Source: Macrostomum lignano (taxonomy: Eukaryota). Taken from it: a DNA stretch of 64,000 nt. The DNA lies in assembly GCA_002269645.1 (NCBI GenBank), contig NIVC01002132.1, positions 137,749-201,748 on the forward strand, in the 5' to 3' direction. Each line of letters opens with the position of its first letter. Position 1 is the stretch's first letter. Positions 22,858-53,392 of the stretch are shown piece after piece. The translations under genes and the position numbers were made by a program. The notes under the pieces are model-generated. The model was not told the origin of the DNA. It did not search any database and saw only the letters and a program-made list of their open reading frames with translations.

Positions 22858-24179
22858 TTTCGAATGCGGACTGCAATAGGAAAGGGGAGATGGGAAGAAT
22901 CGTAGACGTAGTCTGAAACAAGACTCTCAGAATAGGTCACGCCATCATCGCACAGGTAGATGATTAGGTTGAGCTGAGACGCTACGCTACCCCTTCTCAA
23001 TATTTGCTTGGCGTTGGCCCCAACCCCTAAGCTCCCTATCTAGAGTTAATTTGGCCTGGATGCAGGTAATAATTTCGGACAGATAGTATAATAAAAAACA
23101 CGATAGACTCACCTGAGTCGCAGAAATGAGAACTGATGTCTAAAAGCAAGACGGCCTCGGGTCCTGGAGACTGGAGAGTATGTAGGAAAGGCAAAGGCAA
23201 GGTACATAGGCAAGGCTGGACAGGCTTTTAAGCCCGGTGTGAACAGAGGGAGACCTGAGTGTACCCCCCCCCCCTGTTAAAAGTAAAACCGGTTGGCTGG
23301 GCGCGTTGAAAGGAAAGGGAACTTCTAACAAAATCAATACGTCCAGTGTACATTGGCCTCTTATCCGGCCGACCCACCCCCGCCATCCCACCCCCGAGAG
23401 AGCACTAAGTACATTTGGAAATGTACGCAAATTGAGAGGCGTGTCTGAAGCCGGCGGGGAGGGGCAACAGCGCTATTTACGCGCACATAATAGTTTTCCT
23501 GGAAATAGAACTAAGCGCTGGCCGCTGGGGTTAATATCACCACATTACTTACTGTTAGAACTTAGAATTGTCTTACCCTAACCCTAGTAGAAATGTGATG
23601 AACAATTTTATTTCAAGCCTAAGCGATAAACAAAGTTATTTTTAGCAACCTCTGTACAATATGAAATGCCATGCCCCCACAGCATACTGTGCGTGCCTGG
23701 CTGCTGCAGTAGAGAAAGAAATGAATGATGCATTTTGACGATTCATGAGATCATAGTCAACGTAATAGCTACGTAGTGTAGGACTGGACGGAGCACTAAT
23801 TGGACTATCAACTGAACATCTAGCTTATTCTAGATGACTACTGATTAATTACTGAGTAGCTACAGATGGACTTCCAATTCTAGCTAGCTCTGGCCCCTGA
23901 CTATGATGCGACGTGGAGCCCCCCATCCTGTGGAAACCTGCGTCATCTATTGTCATCATAACTGTGTGACCCCGCTGCCGCAGTGTCGTAGCCAGGATTT
24001 TCATCTGAAGACGTGAGGAGGGATCACAAATCACAACAAGTCGGAGCCACAACAGCTATATAGTCAATGTAATTGTAACAATCAGGCGCCAAGGAATACT
24101 TTTTGCCAGGGGAAAGAGTCCCATTTCCCAGTCCAATTTCCCATTTTGGCCGGCAATCTCCTGTACCGGAAAGATTTGA

Positions 24180-24778
24180 GCGGCAATTCAGCTCAGCAGG
24201 TGATTACTATAAGCGCCAATTCAGCTCAGCAGGTGATTACTATAAGCGTCACTTTAGCTCAGCAGGTGAGATTTAAGCGCCAATTTAGCTCAGCAGGTGA
24301 TTACTATAAGCGTCACTTTAGCTCAGCAGGTGAGATTTAAGCGCCAATTTAGCTCAGCAGGTGTTACTATAAGCGCCAATTCAGCTCAGCAGGTGATTAC
24401 TATAAGCGCCAATTCAGCTCAGCAGGTGATTACTATAAGCGCCAATTCAGCTCAGCAGGTGATTACTATAAGCGCCAATTCAGCTCAGCAGGTGATTACT
24501 ATAAGCGCCAATTCAGCTCAGCAGGTGATTACTATAAGCGTCACTTTAGCTCAGCAGGTGAGATTTAAGCGCCAATTTAGCTCAGCAGGTGATTACTATA
24601 AGCGCCAATTCAGCTCAGCACGTGAGATTTAGGCGTCACTTTAGAGCTCAGCAGGTGAGATCTAAGCGCCAATTTAGCTCAGCAGGTAATTACTATAAGC
24701 GCCAATTCAGCTCAGCACGTGAGATTTAGGCGTCACTTTAGAGCTCAGCAGGTGAGATCTAAGCGCCAATTTAGCTCC
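24180..24778. repeat. 31-33-bp minisatellite (AGCGCCAATTCAGCTCAGCAGGTGATTACTATA and variants)
   Basis: Tandem periodicity. Confidence 0.93.
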
Positions 24779-24813
24779 GCAAATGTAATTTATCTCTACA
24801 TATAAAAATCAAA

Positions 24814-24827
<14 letters not shown>

Positions 24828-24883
<56 letters not shown>

Positions 24884-24893
24884 TGTCTGTCTG
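24828..24893. repeat. (GT)n microsatellite with a GTCT tail
   Basis: Direct reading. Confidence 0.95.
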
Positions 24894-25273
24894 TGGACAA
24901 TACTAATATAAAATTTAATAGTCTTGCATTGTAGACATTTACTATATGGGTGGATAAATCATTCGATACATGTTTTGTAGTGTTCTAACTGCCCTGTGGT
25001 GTCACTGTCTGACAAAGAAGTGCAAGTCTATAGACTGATAGATTTATAGCACACTTGGCACTCTTAACAGCTTAGCCCCTCATCTGAGCGGGCCTGTGTA
25101 TTTAACCAAACAGTTTCTCATACCACCTCAACGCGGGGCCTTAGATTGGCTCACAGGAGAGACCGGGTAAGACACCGGCACATAGACATTACTCACACAC
25201 AAACTGTAGGGTGGGGAGGCCGGGGATGAGACAGCTTAGTCATGCTATCTGTGCTTGGGAAAGGGGGCATGGG

Positions 25274-26591
25274 TAGGGATTCCAAAATCCCGACATTTTA
25301 CAATCCCGGGATTGAATAGTCCCGAAATCCCGATGCTGTTGAAATCCCGGGATTCAAAATCCCGGAATCCCGGTGCTTTTGCAATCCCGGGATTAAAAAT
25401 CCCGGGATTCGATTCCCAAAAAAATCCCGGGATTCAAATCCCGGATTTTTGGCCCCAATCCCGGGATCCCGGGATCCCGGGATTGGAATCCCTAAGACGG
25501 ACTGTGCAGCGTGCCGCGTGCAGTAGTCATGGTCTCGCGACTCTCAGAGCCTTTTCATATTACCAATTCCAGAACCAGAATCGGTTCGGAATTCCAAGAA
25601 AAACAGCAGTATAACTATTGGTTTTTGCGAGCTATCTCAGCCAAGGAGCAAGCAAACTCATCCATCCCATAGATTTCAATACGACGAAGGAGGTGGTTTG
25701 AACCATAGACTATCACGTTTTTTCAAACAAACTCATCCAACGGGCGAGCAATCTCAGCCATAGCTTGTCTGCCCATTCATTTCCTCTTCCCTTCGTTCTT
25801 TCCTCCTCCTCCGATGGCTCAGTTGCGACAAACATCCTCTTATATACGAACTAATTAGATTTTTCGCTTAATAAACAAGCTATGGCTGAGATTGCTCGCC
25901 CGTTGGATGAGTTTGGTTGAAAAAACGTGATAGTCTATGGTTCAAACCACCTCCTTCGTCGTATTGAAATCTATGGGATGGATGAGTTTGCTTGCTCCTT
26001 GGCTGAGATAGCTCGCAAAAACCAATATTAAACTCTGTTAATATTTGACTGCCTTAACAGCCTCACTTTGCACGATTTTTCACTTTCTTCTTGGCGATTG
26101 TCATTCAATAATAAAAACTTTATAGCACGTATCTCCCTCTAGTTATGGAGACAAAAAGTTATACTTCACAAATTGGTTCTGGTTCTGGAACCAGAACAAG
26201 CACTATGAAAAGGCCCTCAGTCTCGTCTCGTGGTGGAAAACGAAAAAAAGTTAAAATTATCTATCATTTACAGTTCACATTAACAATTTTTAGCTCAATT
26301 AGGACAGGAGCTTTGCAAATGTTTAACGTTTCATTGAGAAACAGCAAAAACAAATAAATGTTTTATTATTCAAATAAACGTTTAGACTTTAAATTATCTA
26401 ATTTAGGCATTGAAAGGTTGTTCTAATCCCGGACCAATCCCGGGATTAAGGCCTTGAAATCCCGGGATCCCGATCCCGGACTTTTGCAATCCCGGGATTA
26501 GAAATCCCGGGATTCGATTCCCAAAAAAATCCCGGGATTCAAATCCCGGATTTTTGGCCCCAATCCCGGGATCCCGGGATTGGAATCCCTA
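25274..26591. mobile_element. Non-autonomous hAT-type element with 8-bp TSD GGCATGGG, AATCCCGGGA subterminal repeats and a duplicated right end
   Basis: TIR TAGGGATTCCA...TGGAATCCCTA. TSD at 25266-25273 and 26592-26599. A second right end terminates at 25494. Confidence 0.88.
25616..26027. mobile_element. Foldback MITE-like element: ~150-bp inverted arms, ~105-bp spacer, TA at both ends
   Basis: TATTGGTTTTTGCGAGC...CATAGCTTG is inverted at ~25874-26027. Confidence 0.82.
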
Positions 26592-26869
26592 GGCATGGGT
26601 GCACTGGATACGCAGCAGACAGGGTATCAAGCCTAGACAGGCTCTAACGTGTCACTCCTCGCTCACAGTCACAACATGTAGTAACTAGGTTATTCACAGA
26701 AATAAATGGCATTGGCAGCATGCCAGCTGAAGGAAAAATCCAGTTGTCTGATAGTCAATTTGAGAGGCCAATTTAGATTCTAGACCCGAGGCAACACTAT
26801 TTTGTTTAGGGATCAGCAAACTCTTTTACTAAAGGCCAAATCCAGCTTGTGGCTGCGGGCCAGGTGAAA

Positions 26870-27310
26870 GGAAATGAGAGGGAATAGAGGAGAGAGAAGT
26901 GGAAAGAACAGAGGAGTGATGAGAGAAAAGAGGAGAGGGCGAGAGGTGAGAGATAAGAGGAAAGAATAGAGAGGAGATGAGATTAGGATAAGAGATTAGA
27001 GATTAGAGAATGGGGGAAAGAAATGAGAAAGATGAGATTAGAGTAGAGAAGAGTAGAGAAAAGAGGGGGAGAGAGTAAAGAAAGAGAAGAGAGAAGAGAG
27101 AAGAGAGAGATAGGAGAGAAGAGGGAAGAGAGAAGAGAGAGATAGGAGAGAAGAGGGAAGAGAGAAGAGGGAGAGAGGAGAGAAGAGAGAATGAGATAAA
27201 AGAGAAGAGAGAAGAGAGAATTGAGGAGAGAGAATAGAGAATATAGGAGGTAAAAGAGAAGATTTAAGCACCTAAGCACCTAAGCACCTAAGCACCTAAG
27301 CACCTAAGAT
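26870..27310. repeat. AG-rich low-complexity tract followed by an 8-bp (TAAGCACC)n repeat
   Basis: Direct reading. Confidence 0.85.
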
Positions 27311-28066
27311 TTAGGCAATTGATAAAGAGAAGATTTTATCAATTTTCTCTATATTATACAGAATAAGCTTACATGTACATGTAGATTTGCACTTATTCTC
27401 CAGCTGGGTCCAAGCCATAGACAGCTGATCAGTTCTGAATTCTCTGCTAGATAATGCACAGCGCTGAATGGGGTTTTGCCATAGACGAATTCGGCAAAGA
27501 AAAATCTGATCTATGCGGCTGATTTCTAAGAAATGAAGTGTAGCGTAGCGTCCTGCTACTGGTTGTTGTCCATGGCCAAGCTTTCAATGCAAGACTCGGG
27601 GGCCTACTGAAGCGTACAGATAATTGCCGTGCTGTTCATGCCTTGCATCGAGCGACAGATTGCGGCAGTTTAAGAGAGAGTCTTACACTTATACAGTTTG
27701 AAGGGCCTTGTATTTGGTAGGGCAGCACTCTCCACAGGCAGCAATTGCTGGCACATATGGGAGGCACCAGCGTGTGCTGGCCAGGCCAGAAGGGAGAGAG
27801 AAGTGAAAGCGAAAGTTTGACAGACGCAAACACGCGGCGAGCTCATAATGAGTGGGAGGGGGGTAGAGAGCGGGGGCAAGAGGAGGCGACTTGCAGCACA
27901 CGATCTGGTGGGCGGTAATGAGCTTGCTACCGACCTGTGCAAACTAAAGCGCAATTCCACTCATGACATCTACAACTCATGCAGCCTTAGAGCGCGTCTG
28001 CCTTGTCTTAGGAGCTTTTAGAGCTGCTTTCAGCTGAAAGAAATCCTGTCCAAAGACTTAATCGGC

Positions 28067-29314
<1,248 letters not shown>

Positions 29315-30011
29315 GAGAGCTTATTATATAGCAAACTGCCATTGGTTCTTTTGTTTGACTGAGAAGCGGGCCAAGTGTGTACAGAACTTACTAGAAATAC
29401 TTCAATCTTGATTAAGAAATTTGACCGAAAAAAGATAGTTTTCTTTTTGACACTACGCACTACACAAATAGCAAAATAGGCTCACAGAACACTTTTTCTC
29501 TTCTATTATTTTGGTCGTGACGTTGAATAAATAAAATATTTGAACACAATTATCCCGCACCGTCTCGATATACAAGCTACAGTAAATGTACTTTTTAGTG
29601 AATGTACTTAACAGTAAATTTACTTTACAGTGAATGTATACTTTACAGTAAATGTACTTTGTAGTAAATGTACTTTATCGTAGTACGGATGTGTGTGTGC
29701 GTGCGTGTTGCTCTGCAAACTTAAATCGCAATAAGCTCAATATTCAAGAGTGTTGATTGACATAATTCACATTGCATAGTTTACAGGCGTAAGGACTTTG
29801 ATCAATACGCCGGTTTGCCGGAAAAGTCATTTCATGCATTTAGTAGAAGTATGTAAATTACAGAAGTACAAAGAAATCACGGAGGCATTACAGTAGAATT
29901 ATCGAATTACCATTGCTAATTTAATATAGAAGTTTAAGCTTTGCTTCAGTAACACAAAAGCAGTGAAATTTCAGGGTTCCGGACACCAGTGCATTGGAAT
30001 CTCTTGAGCTG

Positions 30012-45421
<15,410 letters not shown>

Positions 45422-45989
45422 TCCTGGCTCCGGCTGAGCGCCTGCAAGCGAAACCGGAGCGCATGCCAGCTGAAGCGGAGGGCCAGCAGTGGTCCAGGCG
45501 GCTCAGATCGGGAGAGCAGTGCTCTGGGTGGAGTAGCCGCTTCATGTGAGCAGGCAAACCGACAGAGGGAGCCGACAACAGAGAGCTGTCTGGCCAGCTG
45601 ACCCAAGCCGCCAGATTTGTTAGCCTGGGCCAATTCAAGTCTCTGATGGAATGGGGGAAATCCCGGTTGGTGGGAAGTTTCACCAACCAATCAAACGGTG
45701 CAGCCGGGGTGACAGCCGCAATGATTGACTCGCTGACGGATCGGCTGCAGAACTCCCGACCGGCTCATTTATCGCGGCTCATCTGTCTTGACTATGGCAC
45801 ATGCCTTTCAAGCCTGCATCTTCTCGTCTTGCTTTTGGTTGGACTCATCAGCTTTTCTCGCGAATAAATACAGCCTGCAGTCGCTATCTCTTACCCCATG
45901 GGAGCTCGGTGGCGAAATGGTTCTTACGCCTAGCCTGAACCTCCTGCTGGATGCGCCTCAGGTGAGGCAGCCAGCGGCACAGCCGATAC

Positions 45990-46860
45990 CCTTCTGGCAC
46001 TGTAGGGGGCTGTGTACAGCTGGTACACTGCTGGCACTGTAGGGGGCGGGCTGTGTACAGCTGGTACCCTTCTGGCACTGTAGGGGGCTGTGTACAGCTG
46101 GTACACTGCTGGCACTGTAGGGGGCTGTGTACAGCTGGTACACTTCTGGCACTGTAGGGGCTGTGTACAGCTGGTACACTGCTGGCACTGTAGGGGGCTG
46201 TGTACAGCTGTTACACTTCTGGCACTGTAGGGGCTGTGTACAGCTGTTACACTTCTGGCACTGTAGGGGCTGTGTACAGCTGGTACACTGCTGGCACTGT
46301 AGGGGCTGTGTACAGCTGTTACACTTCTGGCACTGTAGGGGCTGTGTACAGCTGGTACACATCTGGCACTGTAGGGGGCTGTGTATAGCTGTACACTGCT
46401 GGCACTGTAGGGGCTGTGTACAGCTGGTACACTGCTGGCACTGTAGGGGGCTGTGTACAGCTGGTACACTGCTGGCACTGTAGGGGGCTGTGTACAGCTG
46501 GTACACTGCTGGCACTGTAGGGGGCTGTGTACAGCTGTTACACTTCTGGCACTGTAGGGGCTGTGTACAGCTGGTACACTTCTGGCACTGTAGGGGGCTG
46601 TGTACAGCTGTACACTGCTGGCACTGTAGGGGCTGTGTACAGCTGGTACACTGCTGGCACTGTAGGGGCTGTGTACAGCTGGTACACTTCTGGCACTGTA
46701 GGGGGCTGTGTACAGCTGGTACACTTCTGGCACTGTAGGGGCTGTGTACAGCAGGTACACTGCTGGCACTGTAGGGGCTGTGTACAGCTGGTACACTGCT
46801 GGCACTGTAGGGGCTGTGTACAGCTGGTACACTGCTGGCACTGTAGGTGGCTGTGTACAG
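45990..46860. repeat. 36-37-bp minisatellite (CTGTGTACAGCTGGTACACTGCTGGCACTGTAGGGG)n
   Basis: Tandem periodicity. Confidence 0.95.
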
Positions 46861-47934
46861 CTTGAAGGGGGTTGAAACCTCGTCTTCCTGTATTTCTACC
46901 GCGCTACCCCTTTAGAATAGATCCACCTTGGCTGCGCAATAATTTACGACCAAATAATTTTCTAGAAACAACAAATCCGGATGCTTGAGAGCTTTCGTAC
47001 TCAAAGTAGCGACTTGCGAGCATTCTATCGTAGCCAGCAAATATTTTGAGCAAAGCTTGTCTTGACTTTCTCTGTTGTTCAGCTTTTCAAATCTGAGATG
47101 ATCGATAAGCACCTGGAGCTGATGGATGAGCCGATGAAAAATGCTAATAAGATCTGGTTGGAATTTTTTTGAAAAACGGCGCATGAACGATGACGGAAAA
47201 TGATTGACTGGGGAGCCGGACATGGCTGCGTGTGCAGTGTAATCTCGCTGCTCCATCAGAGCCCAGAAATTTCACTTCCCCAGTGCTGCGGCTGCGGCAC
47301 AATGGGCATTGAAACTCGCTGCTTAAAATGGGGCCTCAGCAGCTTCCTGGATGCGGACTATGGACCTGGGCTCCTGGTCCATTGTGCCAATTTTAGCTCA
47401 GGATGTCTCAAGACTTTCATCCTCTGGCGGTTAAGTTGCTTTCCTTGCTTCAGAGAGGTCCCAAGTTCGAGACCCAAAGTATGTTTGCTATACATTTGTT
47501 TTGGGTGCACAGGCAAGGAAAAGCTTAGGGGTCCATGGCTGGGGGTCAAGGGGGTCAGCTGACCGTCAGGAGAGAAGGGTTATAAATTCCGTGCTGGTGA
47601 ATTGGTGCAGACAAATGAAGGTCAGACACGGGCAGCGTGAGTCTCAGTAGACTAAGTTGATGAGGCTTGGGGAAGCTGTTCATGATGGGCCGATCGGCGG
47701 TTGATGAAGCATGCGTTAAGAGACTGGAAGTCGTTTACCAGGACAGGTAAGAGAGAGGGACACAAGAAAAGGGATTTGCGAAAATTGGGACTTGACGCCG
47801 GCTCGAGACCTGAGCACACTGAGCCGGGCTGTGAAGGGTGGCATGCAGTTGCAGGTGAGAAAGCAAATCTGAGAGCAAAGTGGAAACCTGAACAATTACT
47901 GAAACGATTAAAGAGCGACAGGAAATGACAGTCA

Positions 47935-48235
47935 AAGGGACAGGCGAATTGCGGTCAGGTATGGGACAGGTGAATTGCGGTCAGGTATGGGACAGGTGAA
48001 TTGCGGTCAGGTATGGGACAGGTTAGTTGCGGTCAGGTATGGGACAGGTTAGTTGCGGTCAGGTATGGGACAGGTGAATTGCGGTCAGGTATGGGGCAGG
48101 TGAACAGCAGTCAGATAGCACAGGTGAACAGCAGTCAGATAGCACAGGTGAACAGCAGTCAAATAGCACAGGTGAAGAGCAGTCAGATAGCACAGGTGAA
48201 GAGCAGTCAGATAGCACAGGTGAACAGCAGTCAAA
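47935..48235. repeat. Two adjacent short minisatellites (~26-bp GGGACAGGTGAATTGCGGTCAGGTAT; 24-bp CACAGGTGAACAGCAGTCAGATAG)
   Basis: Tandem periodicity; both share ACAGGTGAA. Confidence 0.85.
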
Positions 48236-51200
48236 CGAACATCAGAGTCAGCAATCAGAGGCCGTGTAGTCACGGCTATAAAAAGTTTGCATAGTAAATC
48301 AATACAGCAAGTTTCTTTTTTGGGAAAGGCTTAAAAAACTACGTCTATAATTAGGTGCGCATTGCTAATTGGGTCTTACACAAGCCCAGTTTTGTCAAGC
48401 AACTGCTTATATAAAATAAGATTTGGTATGAAATATGAAAAAGTGGAATAATGTTTTTTGCAAAAAGAAGCGCGCCCTTGTAATTTGAATAAGTAGGCAC
48501 GAACTGCCTCGCTTTTAAGGATTCCTCTTGTCGAAAGTTGTTGACTGAAGAAGTGCACCCGTTCTTCCCGACTCTCGGGTGAAGCTGGTGCGTGAAAATG
48601 GGAAATTAGCATGGGATATGAGAGATTGCGAGTAGAATTTCGCTAGCCATAAATAGCTGGTTGCGGAGAGGAAGGGAACGGCAGGTATAGGGTGGACTCC
48701 AGTCGTTCCTATGCCAACTCAAGGAATTGAATTGAAGCTGAACATCAAAACACGAATTCTGAATAGTTACATGTAGTAGATGAGGCTCTCTCGTTGATAG
48801 CAACGGACAATAAGGGAGGCTGGAGAACCCAACCTGTGGGATGCGGCAGTCAAAGTACTGGCTGCTCAAACAAAGCCGCTCTCTAGTGGAGTACAAGAGA
48901 CGGATCGATAGCCAGGCTGCTCAGGTCAGTGGCTGTGAGAGTACTCGCTCTCAGTCTGTGCAGTGTCCCCAAAGCAACAGGTCCATACCCTCCCAGACTC
49001 TTGAAACTAAATGAACAGCCGGGGCTGGGTGGATTCAGTCATGCTTCAATGGCTTGAATCAATTCAATCGATCTAACAGATGGAGCGACATTTTATCCAT
49101 TGCGTTAGACGCATCAGCGGCACCTTAAGTTGGTTGGTGCTAAAATTTGTCTGTGTTCTAGCACCGATGCCAGATGAAACATTGAGGCATTGATCCGGGA
49201 GCTTGACGAGCAGATACTCAAAATGCCTTTGGCAAATTTCGTATCTCCTAATGCTCAGCCTTGAGTTTACAGGAATTAGCTGCTGCCACTCTCTCTCTCG
49301 GCTCCATTTTCTTTCCCAGAAACTGCACCCCCACCCAGACCCAGACTGTGGGAAATGGATTTTTACTCTCTGCAAAATGCTTGCACAATCCGGTCTTAAC
49401 AAACCGTGCCAGCTGCAGCTCTGCCAGGGCCTGGGACAGGAGCGCCCGTCAGAGTGCCTGTCAGCGGTTGCGTGACCCAGAAATTTGCTGGGCACGCGAG
49501 CTACTGCTTATATTGAGTAAATGCAGCCTGAGCAGTTTTCAATACCTGTCTGGGGGAGCTCAGAGCTCACAGGAAGGAGCAGAAGACTGATCTAGCCCTG
49601 AATGACAGCTGCATGGCTGCTCCAGCAGGAGCGACTGAGCGGAGGCTCAGACAAGAGCTCCAGGCAGTTCTACTCTAAATGCAATGTGCATGTCCATGAC
49701 AAGTGCCTATTGGCGAAAATTCCACTAAAAAATAAGAATTGATTTGTTTTGCTGGCGGTAAGCAGCCCGTTGTTGCATTTGCTATTAACTATATTTCGGC
49801 TTGTCTGCAAACCTTTGATGCAGAGCCTGACCAGTTGAGGCAGGTCTGGCTCAGGTCCAGGATCCAAATAGCAGTGTTTGACCCCAATTTGTCCGGCTCG
49901 CAGTCATTGTCACCCTCCCCAGGGCATTATCAATGATTAAATTCAAGTCTCACCTGTTTAACTCGATCGGTTGATGTAGAAGACTTCGACTCAAATTTCT
50001 GCTCAAGAGTCAGCGAGCTTTATTTCTATTTTCTACTTACTGGACAAGTGGCCAGGCCAGTCTCCGCGTCCATCTTATAGCTGGTGAAACCGAATTTCAG
50101 TGTTCCCCTTCCAATCAGACAGGTCACTCTCACAACGGACCAATCAGGGAGCAGCGGCATCAGTGCCTTTCCAGTTCTAGACGGCGTATGGTCTGTAAAC
50201 CAAGTAGGTAAGGCTGTTAGTACCAATAATTATTGCGATTATCGCTAAAGCCATATTGTAATCGTGTCACAGATACTGCAGCAATACACTGACTTCCTTT
50301 ACATTGGCCTAACCTTAACTGTTCTCCATCCCAGTTGCAGAAATCTAATCGATTCGATCGATTCTTCTCGTTAAGTTTTCTCATCAGCAACTGTTTACAG
50401 CAACTTTTAACTGCCCATGCAGAGCCGAAGCTTTGAAGGCTCTGCAAATCTCTAAGGCCACATTGCCAGTTTTGAAGCGCTAGACATGGCAAAAGGTAGC
50501 GATTTGCCTGGCGTTGTGCATTTTTAGCTCAGCTCTCCATGGCACGCAGCCAGCTCGGATAGTTGCTCATTCGATTAGCTGAGCTGCCGGCAAAATTTCG
50601 AGGCTAATGCCTGGAGCAGTAGCCCTATGGGAACAGTCCGGTTGCTATGGGCCCTGTTTGCCCCCCACCCCCCGGCTGCGGTTCGGGAGGAGGGGGAAGA
50701 CCCCACGGTGTTTTACTGCTCGGCAACTAATTCGATTATTGCTTCCAGCCTACCAGCAAGAGGAAAGGGGGCCGGGCGAGGGGCTGAAATATTGTAGGCG
50801 CGAGCTGTCGGTCTGGCAGCTCGACAAGTGCTGCTCCGCCAGGCTATGGGGGGGGGGGGCATAGAAGAAACGGCCTTTCATGAGCAAGGGGGCACAGCTG
50901 TTGCGCGAGTGGCTCACCCTCCATCTATTCCTTCTTGCCCTTCCAATCCAGAAAACCTTCTTCCAGCTGTTTCACATCTCTTGCTGCCGTATTTGAGCAC
51001 TGCTAGCAGAGTAGAGAGCTACAGTGTTCAGGAGAAGCGAGGAAGGGGCTCTGAATGTTGGCTACCAAAAATATACACACATTTGCAGGCGGGCACCATT
51101 GGCGCGATGCAAATCTGCCCATTCCGCAAACTTCTGAGCACATAGAGTGGGTGGAGATCGGCTCTGCTCCTCCCTGAGTTGATTGCCAAAGCAAATCAAG

Positions 51201-51391
51201 TAAAAAAGAAGCAGATAATCCTAGAGGAGTTACTATCCAGAGCACAGTTCCATTTGCATCTGTCGTAAATCACTGTAAACTGCAGCTAACAATCCCAGAC
51301 ACTGCCTCTTCGCCTTCTCTCGCGCCTTCTCAACTTGTTCATTGGGGGGGGGGGGCGGTGGGTAGCTAAGTCCCGGACCATACCTACAACA

Positions 51392-51748
51392 GGGGGCCGT
51401 AGCCCAGCGGTAGCGCAGCTGCTCTGGTGTCCAGCGACCCAGGCTCGATTCCAAGTGCAGTCGCATTAATTTGGGGCTGAATTGGAATCTCGGCTTGGCT
51501 CTGCTCGTGCAATTAACGGCCTTGAGAGCCAACCCCCAAGGCGCAGTGAAGTGTACATGCCTAACGGTAAATAAAGTCAGGGCTGCTGTACACTCCTGTG
51601 TGAGTGTGTGCCTGCGTACGTATCCGCGCGCTTGTGTGCCTGCTCAGGGGAGTCGGCGGAATGGGCAGTAATGCCTCTCGCCGGTTGTGTGCCTATGTCG
51701 CTTAAAGTGCGCCAGGGTGCACACAACCCCCCTGCCTCTAATAAAAAA
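51392..51748 (+). mobile_element. tRNA-derived SINE, family A, copy 3, with a short A tail and ~12-14-bp TSD
   Basis: ATACCTACAACAGG at 51380-51393 and 51749-51762; A/B boxes present. Confidence 0.85.
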
Positions 51749-52339
51749 ATACCTACAACAGGAATATACTGGCTGTAGGCTATATTAGTGCTGAGCCGGG
51801 AGTGGCGGGCAGCGCCATAATTTAACACGCTCCGGGCTCCAGTCGCATGCAGATGTCTCGGCGACCGGGAAGGGGGGGGCAACTTTTGGGACAGGGACGC
51901 GAGGGCGAGGCGGCGGTGTGGCGGGGCGAACGAAATCTGATTAAATCAGCAGCAGCAGAAGCAGGTTTTGCGGCTTCGCAACATCGATGCAGTTCAGGCG
52001 GATATAAAGATAATCCGCGGTGATCGTATAATGCAATCTGTATGTACATTCGGGAACTGCTGCAGCGCTGCTAGAGGTCATAGATTGGGATTTCGTGCGC
52101 GGCTTTGAATTTGTTTTATTATGCATTGATGGCAGCTTCGATGCTGGTCATAAATTTATTCTTCATATTTGTATCGGAGAAGTCATCGGGGTATGTGCTG
52201 ACCTTAATCCTAACCAGAGTAGTGTACATGCCTAACGATTAGAGAGCCGGGGTCGATGCTCAGGAGTCAGTGGAATGAGCAGAATTGTCTCAGCACTGTT
52301 TGTGCAACGATATTGCCGAAGGTGCTGATATGAATGGGC

Positions 52340-52920
52340 GCTGAGGATCTGAGAGGTTGGCAGCCCAGCAACTGAGGATCTGAAAGGCTGGAAGCCCAGC
52401 AACTGAGGATCTGGGAGGCTGGCCCAGCAACTGAGGATCTGGGAGGCTGAAAGCCCAGCAACTGAGGATCTGGGAGGCTGGAAGCCCAGCAACTGAGGAT
52501 CTGGGAGGCTGAAAGCCCAGCAACTGAGGATCTGGGAGGCTGGCCCAGCAACTGAGGATCTGGGAGGCTGAAAGCCCAGCAACTGAGGATCTGGGAGGCT
52601 GGCAGCTCAGCAACTGAGGATCTGGGAGGCTGAATGCCCAGCAAATGAGGATCTGCGAGGCTGGCCCAGCAACTGAGAATCTGCGAGGCTGGCCCAGCAA
52701 CTGAGGATCTGCGAGGGTGGCCCAGCAACTGAGGATCTGGGAGGCTGGCCCAGCAGCTGAGGATTGCGAGGGTGGCCCAGCAACTGAGGATTAAATCTGC
52801 GAGGGTGGCCCAGCAGCTGAGGATCTGCGAGGGTGGCTCAGCAGCTGAGGATCTGGGAGGCTGGCCCAGCAGCTGAGGATCTGGGAGGCTGGCCCAGCAG
52901 CTGAGGATCTGGGAGGCTGG
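52340..52920. repeat. ~29-33-bp minisatellite (GCCCAGCAACTGAGGATCTGGGAGGCTG...)n
   Basis: Tandem periodicity. Confidence 0.92.
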
Positions 52921-53392
52921 CGCTGCTAGACAAGCACATCTTTTAGCCGTCGCTTTGCTGAGACAGCCACACGATAGTAATGCACCCATATCTGTACCTA
53001 AATTATTTACTAAGCACCAAGACAGAAGATGCACAGAAGCACAATGCATACCGCAGTTCCACTGTCCACTTCAAAGCATCGCGTCTGAGGCTACTCGAGT
53101 AAAATCATATTTTCAGAGTCTTTCAGCTTAACTTTTGGCTTAACCAATAATAGCCGTAAATTTTGTGAACTTAATGAGAAGAATGAGAAGGTCAACAGGA
53201 AATTTGCGGGAGCGTTGAGTTACTGAGCCATCCATAAACTACCCAGAATCGGTAGCATTATAAGTGAATGGTAGTTTGTTGGGGCGATTTCAATACTGAT
53301 TCAAAAGTTGAAGAATGAACGAGTAAAATATTTAAATTCGCGTAGTCTACCTGAAGTAGTATGCATAAATTTATTTGTACTTGCCTTCAGCA

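Noticed and set aside
22315-22905. 196-aa plus-strand ORF, and similar shadow ORFs over the integrase, GRD and SIGMAR1 genes
   Set aside because: Antisense shadows of GC-rich true coding sequences.
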